From the NCBI GenBank assembly GCA_017507065.1, contig JAFWBO010000063.1, forward strand, positions 1-44,179: a DNA stretch of 44,179 nucleotides. The letters are read 5' to 3'. The stretch is from Kiritimatiellia bacterium (GTDB lineage: Bacteria > Verrucomicrobiota > Kiritimatiellia > RFP12 > UBA1067). The position numbers were made by a program, and so were the translations under genes. The notes under the pieces are model-generated. The model was not told the DNA's origin. It saw only the letters and a program-made list of their open reading frames with translations, and made no database searches. Every line of letters starts with the position of its first letter. Positions within the stretch are counted from its first letter, which is position 1. This document shows positions 16,617 to 25,625 of this stretch, one piece after another.

Positions 16617-18452
16617 GTGAAGAGAATTTTCTTTTTCTCGATCAAGGCGGTGAAGTGGATCTTCATCGCCTTTCTGGTTTTCGTCGCAAGTCTTTTCTTC
16701 CGCGATCAGACGATTCCGCAGCCGTTGCTCGAGCGTATGGTCGCAGATCTCCCCGCCGTGGTGAAATGCGAGCGCGCCAGGTTCGGCTTCCGTCACGGAT
16801 TGACGCTTGAAAATCTGCGGGCCTACACGGGCGGAGCCTCGCTCGAGCCGATGGTTTCGGCCCGCTCCGCGACGATAGATATTTTCGCGCGCAAGGTCGT
16901 CGTGGAAGGCTTGAAATACCAGCGGCTTCCCGAATCGTACTACAAGCCCGGATGGAGCGAGAAAAACGAACCGCTTGCGGTCGAATTGCCCGATATCGGC
17001 GAGTTCGACATCGTCCTCGCGGATTGCGACATACTCGGCCTCAGGCCTCGCAGGGTGCAGGCCAGAGCTTCGGTGCGGCCCAAAGCCATGTCTGCCGAAT
17101 CCGTGCTCATCGACTGGCCCGAGCGCGGCAAGATGCTCGTGATCTGCGGGATGTGCACGGTCGATTTCGGTTCGCAGACGCTGCATGCCGAGGTGTCCGG
17201 TTCGGCGTATCCTTCGCAGATACGGCCGCTGCTCGTCGCGCTCGACGTCCCTGTGGCGCTGCCGTACATGGATGCCTTTACCGAGATCGAAAAACCAGTC
17301 CCCGCTTCCGGCAAGTTCGACGTCAATCTCGTCAACAACGATTTCCGCATGTCTCTCGACCTCAAACCGGATCTCGGATGCTACAACAACGTGAAGATGT
17401 CTTATGCGGAAGGGACTCTCGACCTGTACGCCTACGTCAGAGGGACCAATTCGAACGCCCGCTTCTCGGTAACTCTCGACAAGGCGCTCGACAGGAATGG
17501 CCGCGATCTCTCCGGAAAGATATCGATTTTGTCGGAGAGAGACCTTGTCCGGCTCGACTACGACGTCGCCAGCCGTCTGCTTTTCGAGGACATTCTCGCA
17601 ATCGCCGATTTCCTCAAGCCCTCCGACCTTCCCGCGCTGAAGTTCTTCTCTGCGCCGCAAGTGACGGTGAAGGGCACGAGCGGAGTTTCCGCCGCGGATT
17701 CGGGGGCGAACGACCTCGCGTTTTCCGTTTCGGCCGCCGATATGTCGTTTCTCGATTTCGCGATGAAAAACGTCAAAGCCGATTTCGTGCTCAGAGGCGA
17801 AGATTTGGTGTTCAAACGCATTTCCGCCACGGGCAAGGACGGAGGCGTTCTGGAAGGGACGGCGAAAGCGTCGTTCCCCGGCATGGAGGCCGACAGGGCG
17901 TCTTTCACGACGGCGTTCACGTACGACAACGGAACACTCGAAGAGATGTCCGATTTCTTCAAGTTTGATCTCGGCGAGCGCCACGGCTCCGTTTCCGGCG
18001 TTTTTGAATTTTCCGGGCCGGTGCAAACCAACGCCGTCCGCCGCCTGGACGGTCGCGGTTCCGTAAAGATAAAAGACGGGCAGCTCGCGCAGATGAAACT
18101 TTTCGCCGGGCTCACCGACGCATTGGCCAAACGAGTGCCGGGCATCGGTTTTATCGTCAACCAGACGGACGCCTCGTGCGATTTCACGGTGACGAACGGC
18201 GTTTTCGCGACGGAGAACCTTTATATCGAGGGAGGCCTTGTTTCGCTCAAAGCCCGCGGCACGTACGACATCGTCTCCGACAATCTCGACTTCATCGTGA
18301 GGGTCCGCTTTTCGAAAAACGAATCGCTGGCGTCCAAGCTGATCCATCCCGTCACGTGGCCTTTCACCAAACTGCTTCTCGAGTTCAAAGCAACAGGTTC
18401 CATAGACAGCCCCGATTGGGAATATCTGAGCATAATAGACAAGGTGTTATGA
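16617..18452 (+). CDS. AsmA-like envelope protein (N-terminal anchor, AsmA-type C-terminal region)
   Basis: The track ORF starts inside the tRNAs. The first plausible starts are TTG 16608 and GTG 16617 (VKRIFFFSIKAVKWIFIAFLVFVASLFF is a TM anchor). The C-terminal segment (GSVKIKDGQLAQMKLFAGL...NLYIEGGLVSLKARGTYD...DFIVRVRF) resembles AsmA/TamB-like C-termini. The family call is from memory only. Confidence 0.6.
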   Translation: MKRIFFFSIKAVKWIFIAFLVFVASLFFRDQTIPQPLLERMVADLPAVVKCERARFGFRHGLTLENLRAYTGGASLEPMVSARSATIDIFARKVVVEGLKYQRLPESYYKPGWSEKNEPLAVELPDIGEFDIVLADCDILGLRPRRVQARASVRPKAMSAESVLIDWPERGKMLVICGMCTVDFGSQTLHAEVSGSAYPSQIRPLLVALDVPVALPYMDAFTEIEKPVPASGKFDVNLVNNDFRMSLDLKPDLGCYNNVKMSYAEGTLDLYAYVRGTNSNARFSVTLDKALDRNGRDLSGKISILSERDLVRLDYDVASRLLFEDILAIADFLKPSDLPALKFFSAPQVTVKGTSGVSAADSGANDLAFSVSAADMSFLDFAMKNVKADFVLRGEDLVFKRISATGKDGGVLEGTAKASFPGMEADRASFTTAFTYDNGTLEEMSDFFKFDLGERHGSVSGVFEFSGPVQTNAVRRLDGRGSVKIKDGQLAQMKLFAGLTDALAKRVPGIGFIVNQTDASCDFTVTNGVFATENLYIEGGLVSLKARGTYDIVSDNLDFIVRVRFSKNESLASKLIHPVTWPFTKLLLEFKATGSIDSPDWEYLSIIDKVL

Positions 18453-19264
18453 ATCTGACAAGTCCTACGCAGGTGAAGTCCTGGTGCATCGAGAACGGTT
18501 TCCATCCGAACAAGACGCTCGGGCAGAATTTTCTCATCGACCGCAACACGCTCGTGGCGATAGCGGACGCTGGGCTCGAGGGCGCCGCTCCCGGCGAAAC
18601 GGTTCTCGAAGTGGGGCCGGGCCTGGGCGTTCTCACCGAAGAGATGCTCGGCCGCGGCATGCGCGTGACGGCGATCGAGAAAGACCCCGTCCTCGCCGAG
18701 CGGCTCGCCAGGGAGTTCGCCGGCGAGGAGCGCTTTTCCGTTGTCGCGCTCGATGCGCTCGACCGCCGCGCCGAGGAGGAGGCGTGGAAACCTTTCGGAA
18801 AGGCGAAAAGGCTCGTCTCGAATCTTCCCTACCAGGCCGGCACGCGCATTCTTCTCAATTTCGTTCTCGAGCACGAACTGGATCATATGACGGTTCTTCT
18901 GCAGACGGAAGTGGCGCAGCGTCTTGCCGCGAAGGAGGGGTCGAAGATGCGTTCGCTGTCCGGAACATGGGCCCAGCTCGACTACGACGTCAAAATCCTG
19001 CGGAATGTCGCGGCGGCCTGTTTTTGGCCGCGCCCCGAGATCGGTTCGACGCTCGTGAAATTGTCGAAACATTCCAGAAATGCGTCATTAACCCCGAAAG
19101 AACGCGAAATGTTCCGCTTTTTGACGAAAAAAGCCTTCGAGCACAGACGCAAACAACTTGGCAGCATATTCAAAGATATGGTAAAATCTACGGCAAGGGC
19201 GGAGTCGCTCTCGAATGAAGAATGGGTAAACCTATCGAAAGGAACAGCAAATGAAAACTCCTGA
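18449..19264 (+). CDS. rsmA: 16S rRNA (adenine1518/1519-N6)-dimethyltransferase
   Basis: Start at MNLTSPTQ (ATGA overlap with the upstream gene). KTLGQNFLID and the SAM motif VLEVGPGLGVLT are present; 271 aa. Confidence 0.9.
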   Translation: MNLTSPTQVKSWCIENGFHPNKTLGQNFLIDRNTLVAIADAGLEGAAPGETVLEVGPGLGVLTEEMLGRGMRVTAIEKDPVLAERLAREFAGEERFSVVALDALDRRAEEEAWKPFGKAKRLVSNLPYQAGTRILLNFVLEHELDHMTVLLQTEVAQRLAAKEGSKMRSLSGTWAQLDYDVKILRNVAAACFWPRPEIGSTLVKLSKHSRNASLTPKEREMFRFLTKKAFEHRRKQLGSIFKDMVKSTARAESLSNEEWVNLSKGTANENS

Positions 19265-20546
19265 AGAGTTCTTGAAAGAAAACGGATTTGTGCCTGCGGA
19301 CGAAATCGACCGCCAGGAACTCACGGGCACGTTCATCTCCGAAATGGAGAAAGGGCTTCGCGGCGAAGAGTCTTCTCTCATGATGATACCGACCTATGTC
19401 GGAGTGGACGGCAAGGTTCCGCAGGGCGCGACGGCCGCGGTTCTCGACGCAGGCGGCACCAATTGCCGCGGGGCGCTCGTCTCCGTGCCTCCGTCGATTT
19501 CGGAAAAGCAGAACCGCCCGATGCCCGGCACGAAGGGCGAAGTGGACGAAGAGACTTTCTACAAGGCCTTCGCCGACGAGGTCAAGAGGCTTCTTCCAGC
19601 GGCGTCTTCGAAAAAAATCGGCTGGTGCTTCTCCTATCCCGCCGAAGCCACTCCGGCGCTCGACGCCAAGCTCGTGCACTGGACCAAGAACATCGAGGCT
19701 CCCGCGATCGTCGGGCAGTACGTGGGCGCCGAACTTCTCAAGCGTCTCGGCGAAGACGGCAAGGGCGGCATCGCCATCGTCAACGACACGGTGGCCACGC
19801 TTCTCGCGGCGAAAGCGACGGAGGGCGACAAGACGTATTCGTCGTACATCGGATTCATCCTCGGCACCGGCACGAACGCGGCGTATGTCGAGCGCACTTC
19901 GAACATAGCCAAACTCGACGCGAAGGATGTGCCGGCGGCAATGATCATCAATGCCGAATCCGGCGGTTTCGGAAAAATAGAGCAGAGCGCCTTCGACAAG
20001 GCGGCCGACAGAAAGACGGGCAATCCCGGCTTCCACGTTTTCGAGAAGATGATCGCCGGCGCCTATCTCGGCCCGGTCGGGCTCGAGATATTCAAAGGCG
20101 CGGCGAAAGAGGGCATGTTCTCTAAAAAAGCCGCCGACCAGATTCTCGGGCTCGGATCGCTCGAGACGATGGATCTCGACAACTTCGCGGCTTCTTTCAG
20201 GAAACCTGGCCGCGACAACATCCTCGACGCGATTTTCGCCGACGAAGCCGATGCCGCGCTCGCACGTCGTCTCGCGCTTCCCGTCTTCGAAAGGGCTGCC
20301 GTGCTCACGGCGGTCCATCTGGCGGCGTTCGTGATCAAGTCCGGCGAGGGCAACGATCCCGCGTCGCCCGTCGCCATAAACGCCGACGGCTCGACGTGGT
20401 ACAAGACGCGCGCCATTCCTTTCGCCGAAACAGTGAAGAAGGAGCTCGACGAAATGCTCGTCGTGCGCCGCAACATCCACTACGAAATAACCCCGCAGGT
20501 CGAGGATGCGCCCATGGTCGGCGCTGCCATCGCCGCTCTTCTCTGA
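19251..20546 (+). CDS. hexokinase-family sugar kinase (eukaryote-type hexokinase fold)
   Basis: 431 aa. An ordered series of hexokinase motifs is visible: LDAGGTNCR, FSYP, HWTKNI, IVNDTVATL, GFILGTGTNAAYVE, IINAESGGFG, FEKMIAGAYLG, NADGSTW. The start overlaps the rsmA 3' end by 14 nt. Confidence 0.85.
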   Translation: MKTPEEFLKENGFVPADEIDRQELTGTFISEMEKGLRGEESSLMMIPTYVGVDGKVPQGATAAVLDAGGTNCRGALVSVPPSISEKQNRPMPGTKGEVDEETFYKAFADEVKRLLPAASSKKIGWCFSYPAEATPALDAKLVHWTKNIEAPAIVGQYVGAELLKRLGEDGKGGIAIVNDTVATLLAAKATEGDKTYSSYIGFILGTGTNAAYVERTSNIAKLDAKDVPAAMIINAESGGFGKIEQSAFDKAADRKTGNPGFHVFEKMIAGAYLGPVGLEIFKGAAKEGMFSKKAADQILGLGSLETMDLDNFAASFRKPGRDNILDAIFADEADAALARRLALPVFERAAVLTAVHLAAFVIKSGEGNDPASPVAINADGSTWYKTRAIPFAETVKKELDEMLVVRRNIHYEITPQVEDAPMVGAAIAALL

Positions 20547-20551
20547 ACGAT

Positions 20552-21439
20552 ATGAAACATACAGCATTCGCCGCGGCCGCCGCCGCGATCGCCTTCTCGC
20601 CGCTTTCCGCCGCCGAAATAGACGGCGTGGCGGCCGAGGTCGGCGGCCACATGATCCTGAAAAGCGACGTCGTATTCGAGATGCGCCGCCTCGGCTTCGG
20701 GCCGGAGCGGTACGGCGAGGCGCTCAACTCGCTTGTCGAGAGGCGTCTTGCCGTGGATGCCGCGGGCAAGGCCAAGATGTCCGTGCAGGACTGGGTCGCC
20801 GAGAACAGGATAAGAGAGATCGTCGACAATGTCTACGGCGGCGACCGCAACAATCTCACGGCCGCTCTCGCGCGCGACAAGATACCTTACGCCGAATGGG
20901 AAAAACGCGTGAAAGAGGATATCATCGCTGCGGCGATGCGCTGGAACATGGTGGAATGCCATGTCAGGGCCACGCCTTCCGAGATGCGCGCCGAATACGA
21001 GGCCAACAGGCAGAAGTATTCTTCCGGCGGCACGGTTACGGTCGGCGTGATTCTTCTGAAGCCGGAGGACGTGCATCTCAAGGAGACGGTCGACGCAGAA
21101 CTCAAGACGAACAGCTTCGAAAACGCGGCCCGCGCATACAGTGCCGATTCGCATGCGGCCGATGGCGGGCTGTGGAAAGACGTCGTCCCCGGAGAAGTTT
21201 TCCAGGACGTCGTTGTCGAGGAGCTCGAAAACATGCCTGTCGGCACGCTGTCGCGGTGGATCGACGTGTCGGGATGGAGTTTCCTTCTCAGAAAAATCGA
21301 CGAGAAGGGCCGGAAGACGATGTCGTTCGCCGAGGCATATCCGAAGATCGAGGCCGAAGTCAAAAAGCGCAACCGCGACAGGCTGTACAAAGAATGGATA
21401 GACCGTCTAAAGGCCGAGACCTACATCAATATAAAATAA
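20552..21439 (+). CDS. SurA-like periplasmic chaperone / parvulin-type PPIase
   Basis: Start at MKHTAFAAAAAAIAFSPLSAAE (signal peptide). It has a SurA-N-like region then a PpiC-like region (TVTVGVILLK...ADSHAADGGLW); 295 aa. Confidence 0.65.
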   Translation: MKHTAFAAAAAAIAFSPLSAAEIDGVAAEVGGHMILKSDVVFEMRRLGFGPERYGEALNSLVERRLAVDAAGKAKMSVQDWVAENRIREIVDNVYGGDRNNLTAALARDKIPYAEWEKRVKEDIIAAAMRWNMVECHVRATPSEMRAEYEANRQKYSSGGTVTVGVILLKPEDVHLKETVDAELKTNSFENAARAYSADSHAADGGLWKDVVPGEVFQDVVVEELENMPVGTLSRWIDVSGWSFLLRKIDEKGRKTMSFAEAYPKIEAEVKKRNRDRLYKEWIDRLKAETYINIK

Positions 21440-21453
21440 AAGGAGAAACAGAA

Positions 21454-22017
21454 ATGGCAGGAGTACACAAGGTAGGCGCGCGTATAAGGTCCTACCGCGA
21501 GAATCTCGGAATGAGCGTCGAAGAGCTCGCCGCGAAAAGCGGGGTGTCCCGCGAGGCGGTGGAAGATGTGGAGAACGGGAAGGTCCTCCCGGCCCTCGGG
21601 GCGCTCACAAAGCTTTCGCGCGCCCTCGGGCAGCGGCTCGGCACGTTCATGGACGACCAGTTCAAACCCGATCCGATCATCACGCGCGCGGCAGATCTCG
21701 ACGCCAGGAAAGTGGCCTGCGAAGGGTTCAACGACCACGGCTATGCATCGTACTCGCTCGCTCTCGGCAAACCCGACCGGCACATGGATCCGTTCAGGAT
21801 CGAGTTCTCCGCAAACGGCGTAAGCGAGGCGTCGTCCCACGAGGGCGAGGAGCTCATCATCTGCCTCGCGGGAGAGGTCGAGCTTGTCTACGGCGGGGAG
21901 ACGCACGTGCTCAAGGCCGGAGACACCGCATATTACAACAGCGTTGTCAAACATACGCTCAAGGCGCTCGGCGGCAAGCCCGCGTCGATATACGGAATCG
22001 TGTTCATGCCGTTCTGA
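21454..22017 (+). CDS. XRE-family HTH transcriptional regulator with C-terminal cupin domain
   Basis: Start at MAGVHKVGARIRSYRENLGMSVEELAAKSGVS (HTH), with AAGGAG 8 nt upstream. The cupin core is HEGEELIICLAGEVELVYGGETHVLKAGD; 187 aa. Confidence 0.8.
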   Translation: MAGVHKVGARIRSYRENLGMSVEELAAKSGVSREAVEDVENGKVLPALGALTKLSRALGQRLGTFMDDQFKPDPIITRAADLDARKVACEGFNDHGYASYSLALGKPDRHMDPFRIEFSANGVSEASSHEGEELIICLAGEVELVYGGETHVLKAGDTAYYNSVVKHTLKALGGKPASIYGIVFMPF

Positions 22018-22049
22018 CGGGCGGGTTTGCGTTTACGAGGGAGATTCAG

Positions 22050-22880
22050 ATGAGCTGGTTCGAAAAGAAAAAGGAAAAAGTCGCGATCGCTCCGGAGAAG
22101 GCGATATGGGCAGTGTGCCCGAAGTGCGCGAGCCGTTTTGCGCCCGAGGAGTGGAAGAAAGCGTCGTCCATATGCCCGAAGTGCGGTTATGCCGGACGCG
22201 TTTCCGCTCGCGCGCGCATCGCCATGACGGCCGACGAAGGCACGTTCAAGGAGGTTTTCCGCGAAGTGTCGTATTCCGATCATCTCAAATTCCGCGATGC
22301 GGCCGGAGCGTACAGGGACAAGATCGAAGCGACGATTCGCAAAACGGGCGAAACGGAGTCGATCGTCATGGGGACGTGCGAGATCGGCGGCATCAGGGCG
22401 ATGCTCGGCGTGATGGACTTCTCTTTCATGGGAGGAAGCCTCGGCACCGGGACGGGCGAGAGGATCGCCCGCGCGTGCGAGCAGGCGATAGAGGAGCGGC
22501 GGCCGCTCGTCATCTTTTCCGCGTCGGGCGGGGCCCGCATGCACGAGGGCATACTTTCGCTCATGCAGATGGCCAAGACGTCCGCGGCTATCGGCAGGCT
22601 CAAGGAGGCGGGGCTGGCATACATTTCCGTTCTCACCGATCCTACGACGGGCGGTGTCTCGGCGAGTTACGCCATGCTCGGCGATATAAACATCACCGAA
22701 CCTCGCGCGCTCATCGGCTTCGCCGGCAGGCGTGTGATCGAAAACACGATCCACCAGAAGCTCCCCGACGATTTCCAGTCGGCGGAGTATCTGCTCGAGC
22801 ACGGTTTTATAGACAGAATCGTCGAGCGCAAGGACATGAAGGCGTTCATCGCGAAGATGCTCCGCTATCTTTCGCGCTGA
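22050..22880 (+). CDS. accD: acetyl-CoA carboxylase carboxyltransferase subunit beta
   Basis: 276 aa with an N-terminal zinc ribbon (CPKC...CPKC) followed by the carboxyltransferase domain (FSFMGGSLG, SGGARMHEG). Confidence 0.93.
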   Translation: MSWFEKKKEKVAIAPEKAIWAVCPKCASRFAPEEWKKASSICPKCGYAGRVSARARIAMTADEGTFKEVFREVSYSDHLKFRDAAGAYRDKIEATIRKTGETESIVMGTCEIGGIRAMLGVMDFSFMGGSLGTGTGERIARACEQAIEERRPLVIFSASGGARMHEGILSLMQMAKTSAAIGRLKEAGLAYISVLTDPTTGGVSASYAMLGDINITEPRALIGFAGRRVIENTIHQKLPDDFQSAEYLLEHGFIDRIVERKDMKAFIAKMLRYLSR

Positions 22881-22897
22881 AAAGGAGGAATTTGAAA

Positions 22898-23719
22898 ATG
22901 GCTTCTGAAAAAACGACAAAGAATCTTTCCGCCTGGGAGCGCGTCAAGCTCGCCCGCGATCCGAACCGTCCGCATTTCCGCGATTTCATCGCTCTCGTCG
23001 CCTCCGATTTCGAGGAGCTCCACGGCGACAGGCTCGTCAGCGACGACAAGGCTCTCGCGGGCGGCTTCGCCACGATAGACGGCAGAAAAGTGCTCGTCCT
23101 CGGCCACAACAAAGGAAAGAACGTAGAGGAGAACATGGCCGCCAATTTCGGCATGGCCAATCCCGACGGCTACAGGAAGGCGATGCGTCTTGCGAAACTG
23201 GCCGAGCGCTTTTCCATACCGGTGGTCACTTTCGTCGATACGCCCGGCGCGTATCCCGGCGATACCGCCGAGGCCCGCGGCCAGGCGGAGGCTATCGCGA
23301 AGTCGCTCGAGTTTTTCTCGCTCCTGAAAACGCCGGTCGTCGTAGTCATAACCGGCGAAGGCGGTTCCGGCGGCGCGCTCGCCATAGCGGTGGGAGACAA
23401 GGTTCTCATGATGGAGAATGCGGTATATTCGGTGATTTCCCCGGAAGGATGCGCCGGCATCCTCTGGCGCGACGGCTCGAAGGCGCCCGAGGCGGCCGAA
23501 GCCCTCAAGATCACCGCTCAGGATCTCAAGTCGCTCGGTGCGGTCGACGAGATCGTCAAGGAGCCGGCAGGCGGAGCCCAGAAGAACCACGCAGCCGCGG
23601 CCAAGGCGGTGAAAAAAGCGATAATCGCGGCTCTTGACGAGCTTGAAGGCGTCGATGCGGAAGAACTCGTCGCGCGAAGATACGAAAAAATCCGTTCCTA
23701 CGGCCGATTCTCCAAGTGA
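22898..23719 (+). CDS. accA: acetyl-CoA carboxylase carboxyltransferase subunit alpha (short N-terminus)
   Basis: Start at MASEKTT (GGAGGA 9 nt upstream). RPHFRDF, NFGMANPDGYRKA, FVDTPGAYPG and GEGGSGGALA motifs are present; 273 aa. The longer track ORF (from 21884) is an out-of-frame read through accD. Confidence 0.92.
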   Translation: MASEKTTKNLSAWERVKLARDPNRPHFRDFIALVASDFEELHGDRLVSDDKALAGGFATIDGRKVLVLGHNKGKNVEENMAANFGMANPDGYRKAMRLAKLAERFSIPVVTFVDTPGAYPGDTAEARGQAEAIAKSLEFFSLLKTPVVVVITGEGGSGGALAIAVGDKVLMMENAVYSVISPEGCAGILWRDGSKAPEAAEALKITAQDLKSLGAVDEIVKEPAGGAQKNHAAAAKAVKKAIIAALDELEGVDAEELVARRYEKIRSYGRFSK

Positions 23720-24606
23720 AGGTTCTTTTTCTGTTCATCGACGGCGTGGGCCTCAGGCCGAAAGCAATCGACAACCCCGTGAACAACGAGGTTTGCCCCG
23801 CGCTCTGCCGGTTGATAGAAAAACATTCCAGGCCCATTGACGCCCGGCTGGGCGTCGAAGGGCTGCCGCAGTCGGCGACCGGGCAGGCGACGATGTTCAC
23901 CGGGGTGAACTGCGCGGCCGCCATGGGCAAGCATTGCGAAGGCTTCCCGGGGCCGGCGCTCAGGTCGATAATAGAGGAGAACAATCTTTTTCTCCAGCTG
24001 AAAAAACGCGGCAGGTCGATAGCGTTCGCGGACGCGTATCTCATCGACGGCGCGGCGGAGCTCGCGGCCAAGCGTTTCAAGTCTGTAACGACGGTGATGG
24101 CTCTGAGCGTGCCCGAGACGATTTCGACGGTGGCCGATCTGATGGCCGAGCGCGCGGTGATGCAGGATCTCACGCGCGTCACCATCCAGGACCGCTATCC
24201 CGACATCGCGGTGATTCCTCCGCAGAGGGCGGCCGAGCACCTTTTCGCGATTTCGCGGCGGCACGATTTCACGCTTTACGAATTTTTCCAGACCGACGTC
24301 TCAGGCCATTCTCTCGACTACCCGAGAGCATGTGCCGTTCTGCGGATGTACGACAGATTTCTTTCCACGCTCGTCCGCTTCGTGGAGGCGGCCGGCATTA
24401 CGCTCGTCATGACGTCGGATCACGGAAACGTCGAGAACATGTCGGAGCGTTCGCACACGCTCAATCCGGTTCCGTTCATCGCTTTCGGCCCCGGCGAGAA
24501 GCGACTCCGCGACGCGGTTTCGTCGCTCAAGGACGTCACTCCGGCGATTCTTGCGGAATTCGACCGTGAAGGCGCATCTTCCCGCGCGAAGGAGAGCGTG
24601 CCATGA
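23716..24606 (+). CDS. alkaline-phosphatase-superfamily metalloenzyme (cofactor-independent mutase / phosphopentomutase-like)
   Basis: 296 aa. The GTG start overlaps the accA stop (GTGA). Metal and nucleophile motifs appear in order: FIDGVG, PQSATGQATMFTG, QTDVSGHS, MTSDHGN, HTLNPVP. Confidence 0.65.
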   Translation: MKVLFLFIDGVGLRPKAIDNPVNNEVCPALCRLIEKHSRPIDARLGVEGLPQSATGQATMFTGVNCAAAMGKHCEGFPGPALRSIIEENNLFLQLKKRGRSIAFADAYLIDGAAELAAKRFKSVTTVMALSVPETISTVADLMAERAVMQDLTRVTIQDRYPDIAVIPPQRAAEHLFAISRRHDFTLYEFFQTDVSGHSLDYPRACAVLRMYDRFLSTLVRFVEAAGITLVMTSDHGNVENMSERSHTLNPVPFIAFGPGEKRLRDAVSSLKDVTPAILAEFDREGASSRAKESVP

Positions 24607-25625
24607 CCAGAAGGACGCTTGCGGTAGGACACTTTTTCAACGCGCCGTTCACAGAGGCGTGTTCGAAGCATTTAGGCCGCATTCGCGAGGTCTTTTTCGC
24701 GTGGCCCGGGGTTGTGAGCTGCAGGCCGGCCCCGGATTTCACGCCGGCCGTGAGAGAGCGGCTTTTCTCCGATCTCGCCTGGGCGCGTTCGAACGGCATT
24801 CTCCTCGACACGCTTTTCAACAGCAACTGCTACGGCGACGAGGCGATATCTGAAAGCCTCGCCAGGCGTGTCGCCTCGGTTTTCGGCGAGATGGATCGCG
24901 AGGGGCTTTTCCCGGACATAGTCACCACCACTTCGCCTTTCATCGCCACGCTCGTCCGGCGCGAATTTCCCGGCGTCGAAATACGCTTCAGCGTAAACAT
25001 CCGCGTGCACGGATGGATCGGCTTCGAGAGCATCCTCGAGCTTTTCGATTCGTTCTACGTTTCCCGCGAACGCCATCGCAGCGCCGCTTATGTGGCGGAG
25101 GCCGCCGCCTGGGCCCGCGCGCACTCCAAGCGCATCGGCATGCAGGTTAATTCGGGCTGCCTCAGAGAGTGCCCGTTCCAGCAGTTTCACGACAATCTGC
25201 ACGGCCACGGCGACGGCAGACGGCCGCAGGATGTCGAGGCCGCGAAAAAATACGATTTTTCGTTCTTCAGGTGCAAGACGCACTATTCGCGCGGCAACGA
25301 AGAGGATTTCCTCCGGGCGACGTGGATAAGGCCCGAGGACCTGCCCGAGTTCGAAAAACATGTCGATATCGTGAAAATCGCGACGCGCCGCCATCCAGAT
25401 CCCGTCAAGGTGCTCGATGCCTACGCTACATATTCGTTCGACGGAGACCTTGCTTCTCTGATGGATCCTGCGCATGTTTTCCGCGGGCGCTTCGACAACA
25501 AGGCGTTTGATTCATCGCCTCGGTGGAAAGAGGTTTTTTCGTGCCCGTCGGCGGCAGACTGCCGGCGTTGCGGCGCCTGCGCCGAAGTCCTGGCCGATGT
25601 TTTCAGAAAGGAACAAAAACGATGA
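24603..25625 (+). CDS. hypothetical Cys-rich protein (weak resemblance to peptidase-U32-family barrel proteins)
   Basis: 340 aa with ATGA overlap onto the upstream gene. The layout (ILLDTLFNSN..., DIVTTTSP..., EIRFSVN..., VNSGCLRECPF with Cx3C, C-terminal CPSAADCRRCGAC) recalls U32-type proteins. I cannot confirm this without a profile search. Confidence 0.5.
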   Translation: MTRRTLAVGHFFNAPFTEACSKHLGRIREVFFAWPGVVSCRPAPDFTPAVRERLFSDLAWARSNGILLDTLFNSNCYGDEAISESLARRVASVFGEMDREGLFPDIVTTTSPFIATLVRREFPGVEIRFSVNIRVHGWIGFESILELFDSFYVSRERHRSAAYVAEAAAWARAHSKRIGMQVNSGCLRECPFQQFHDNLHGHGDGRRPQDVEAAKKYDFSFFRCKTHYSRGNEEDFLRATWIRPEDLPEFEKHVDIVKIATRRHPDPVKVLDAYATYSFDGDLASLMDPAHVFRGRFDNKAFDSSPRWKEVFSCPSAADCRRCGACAEVLADVFRKEQKR

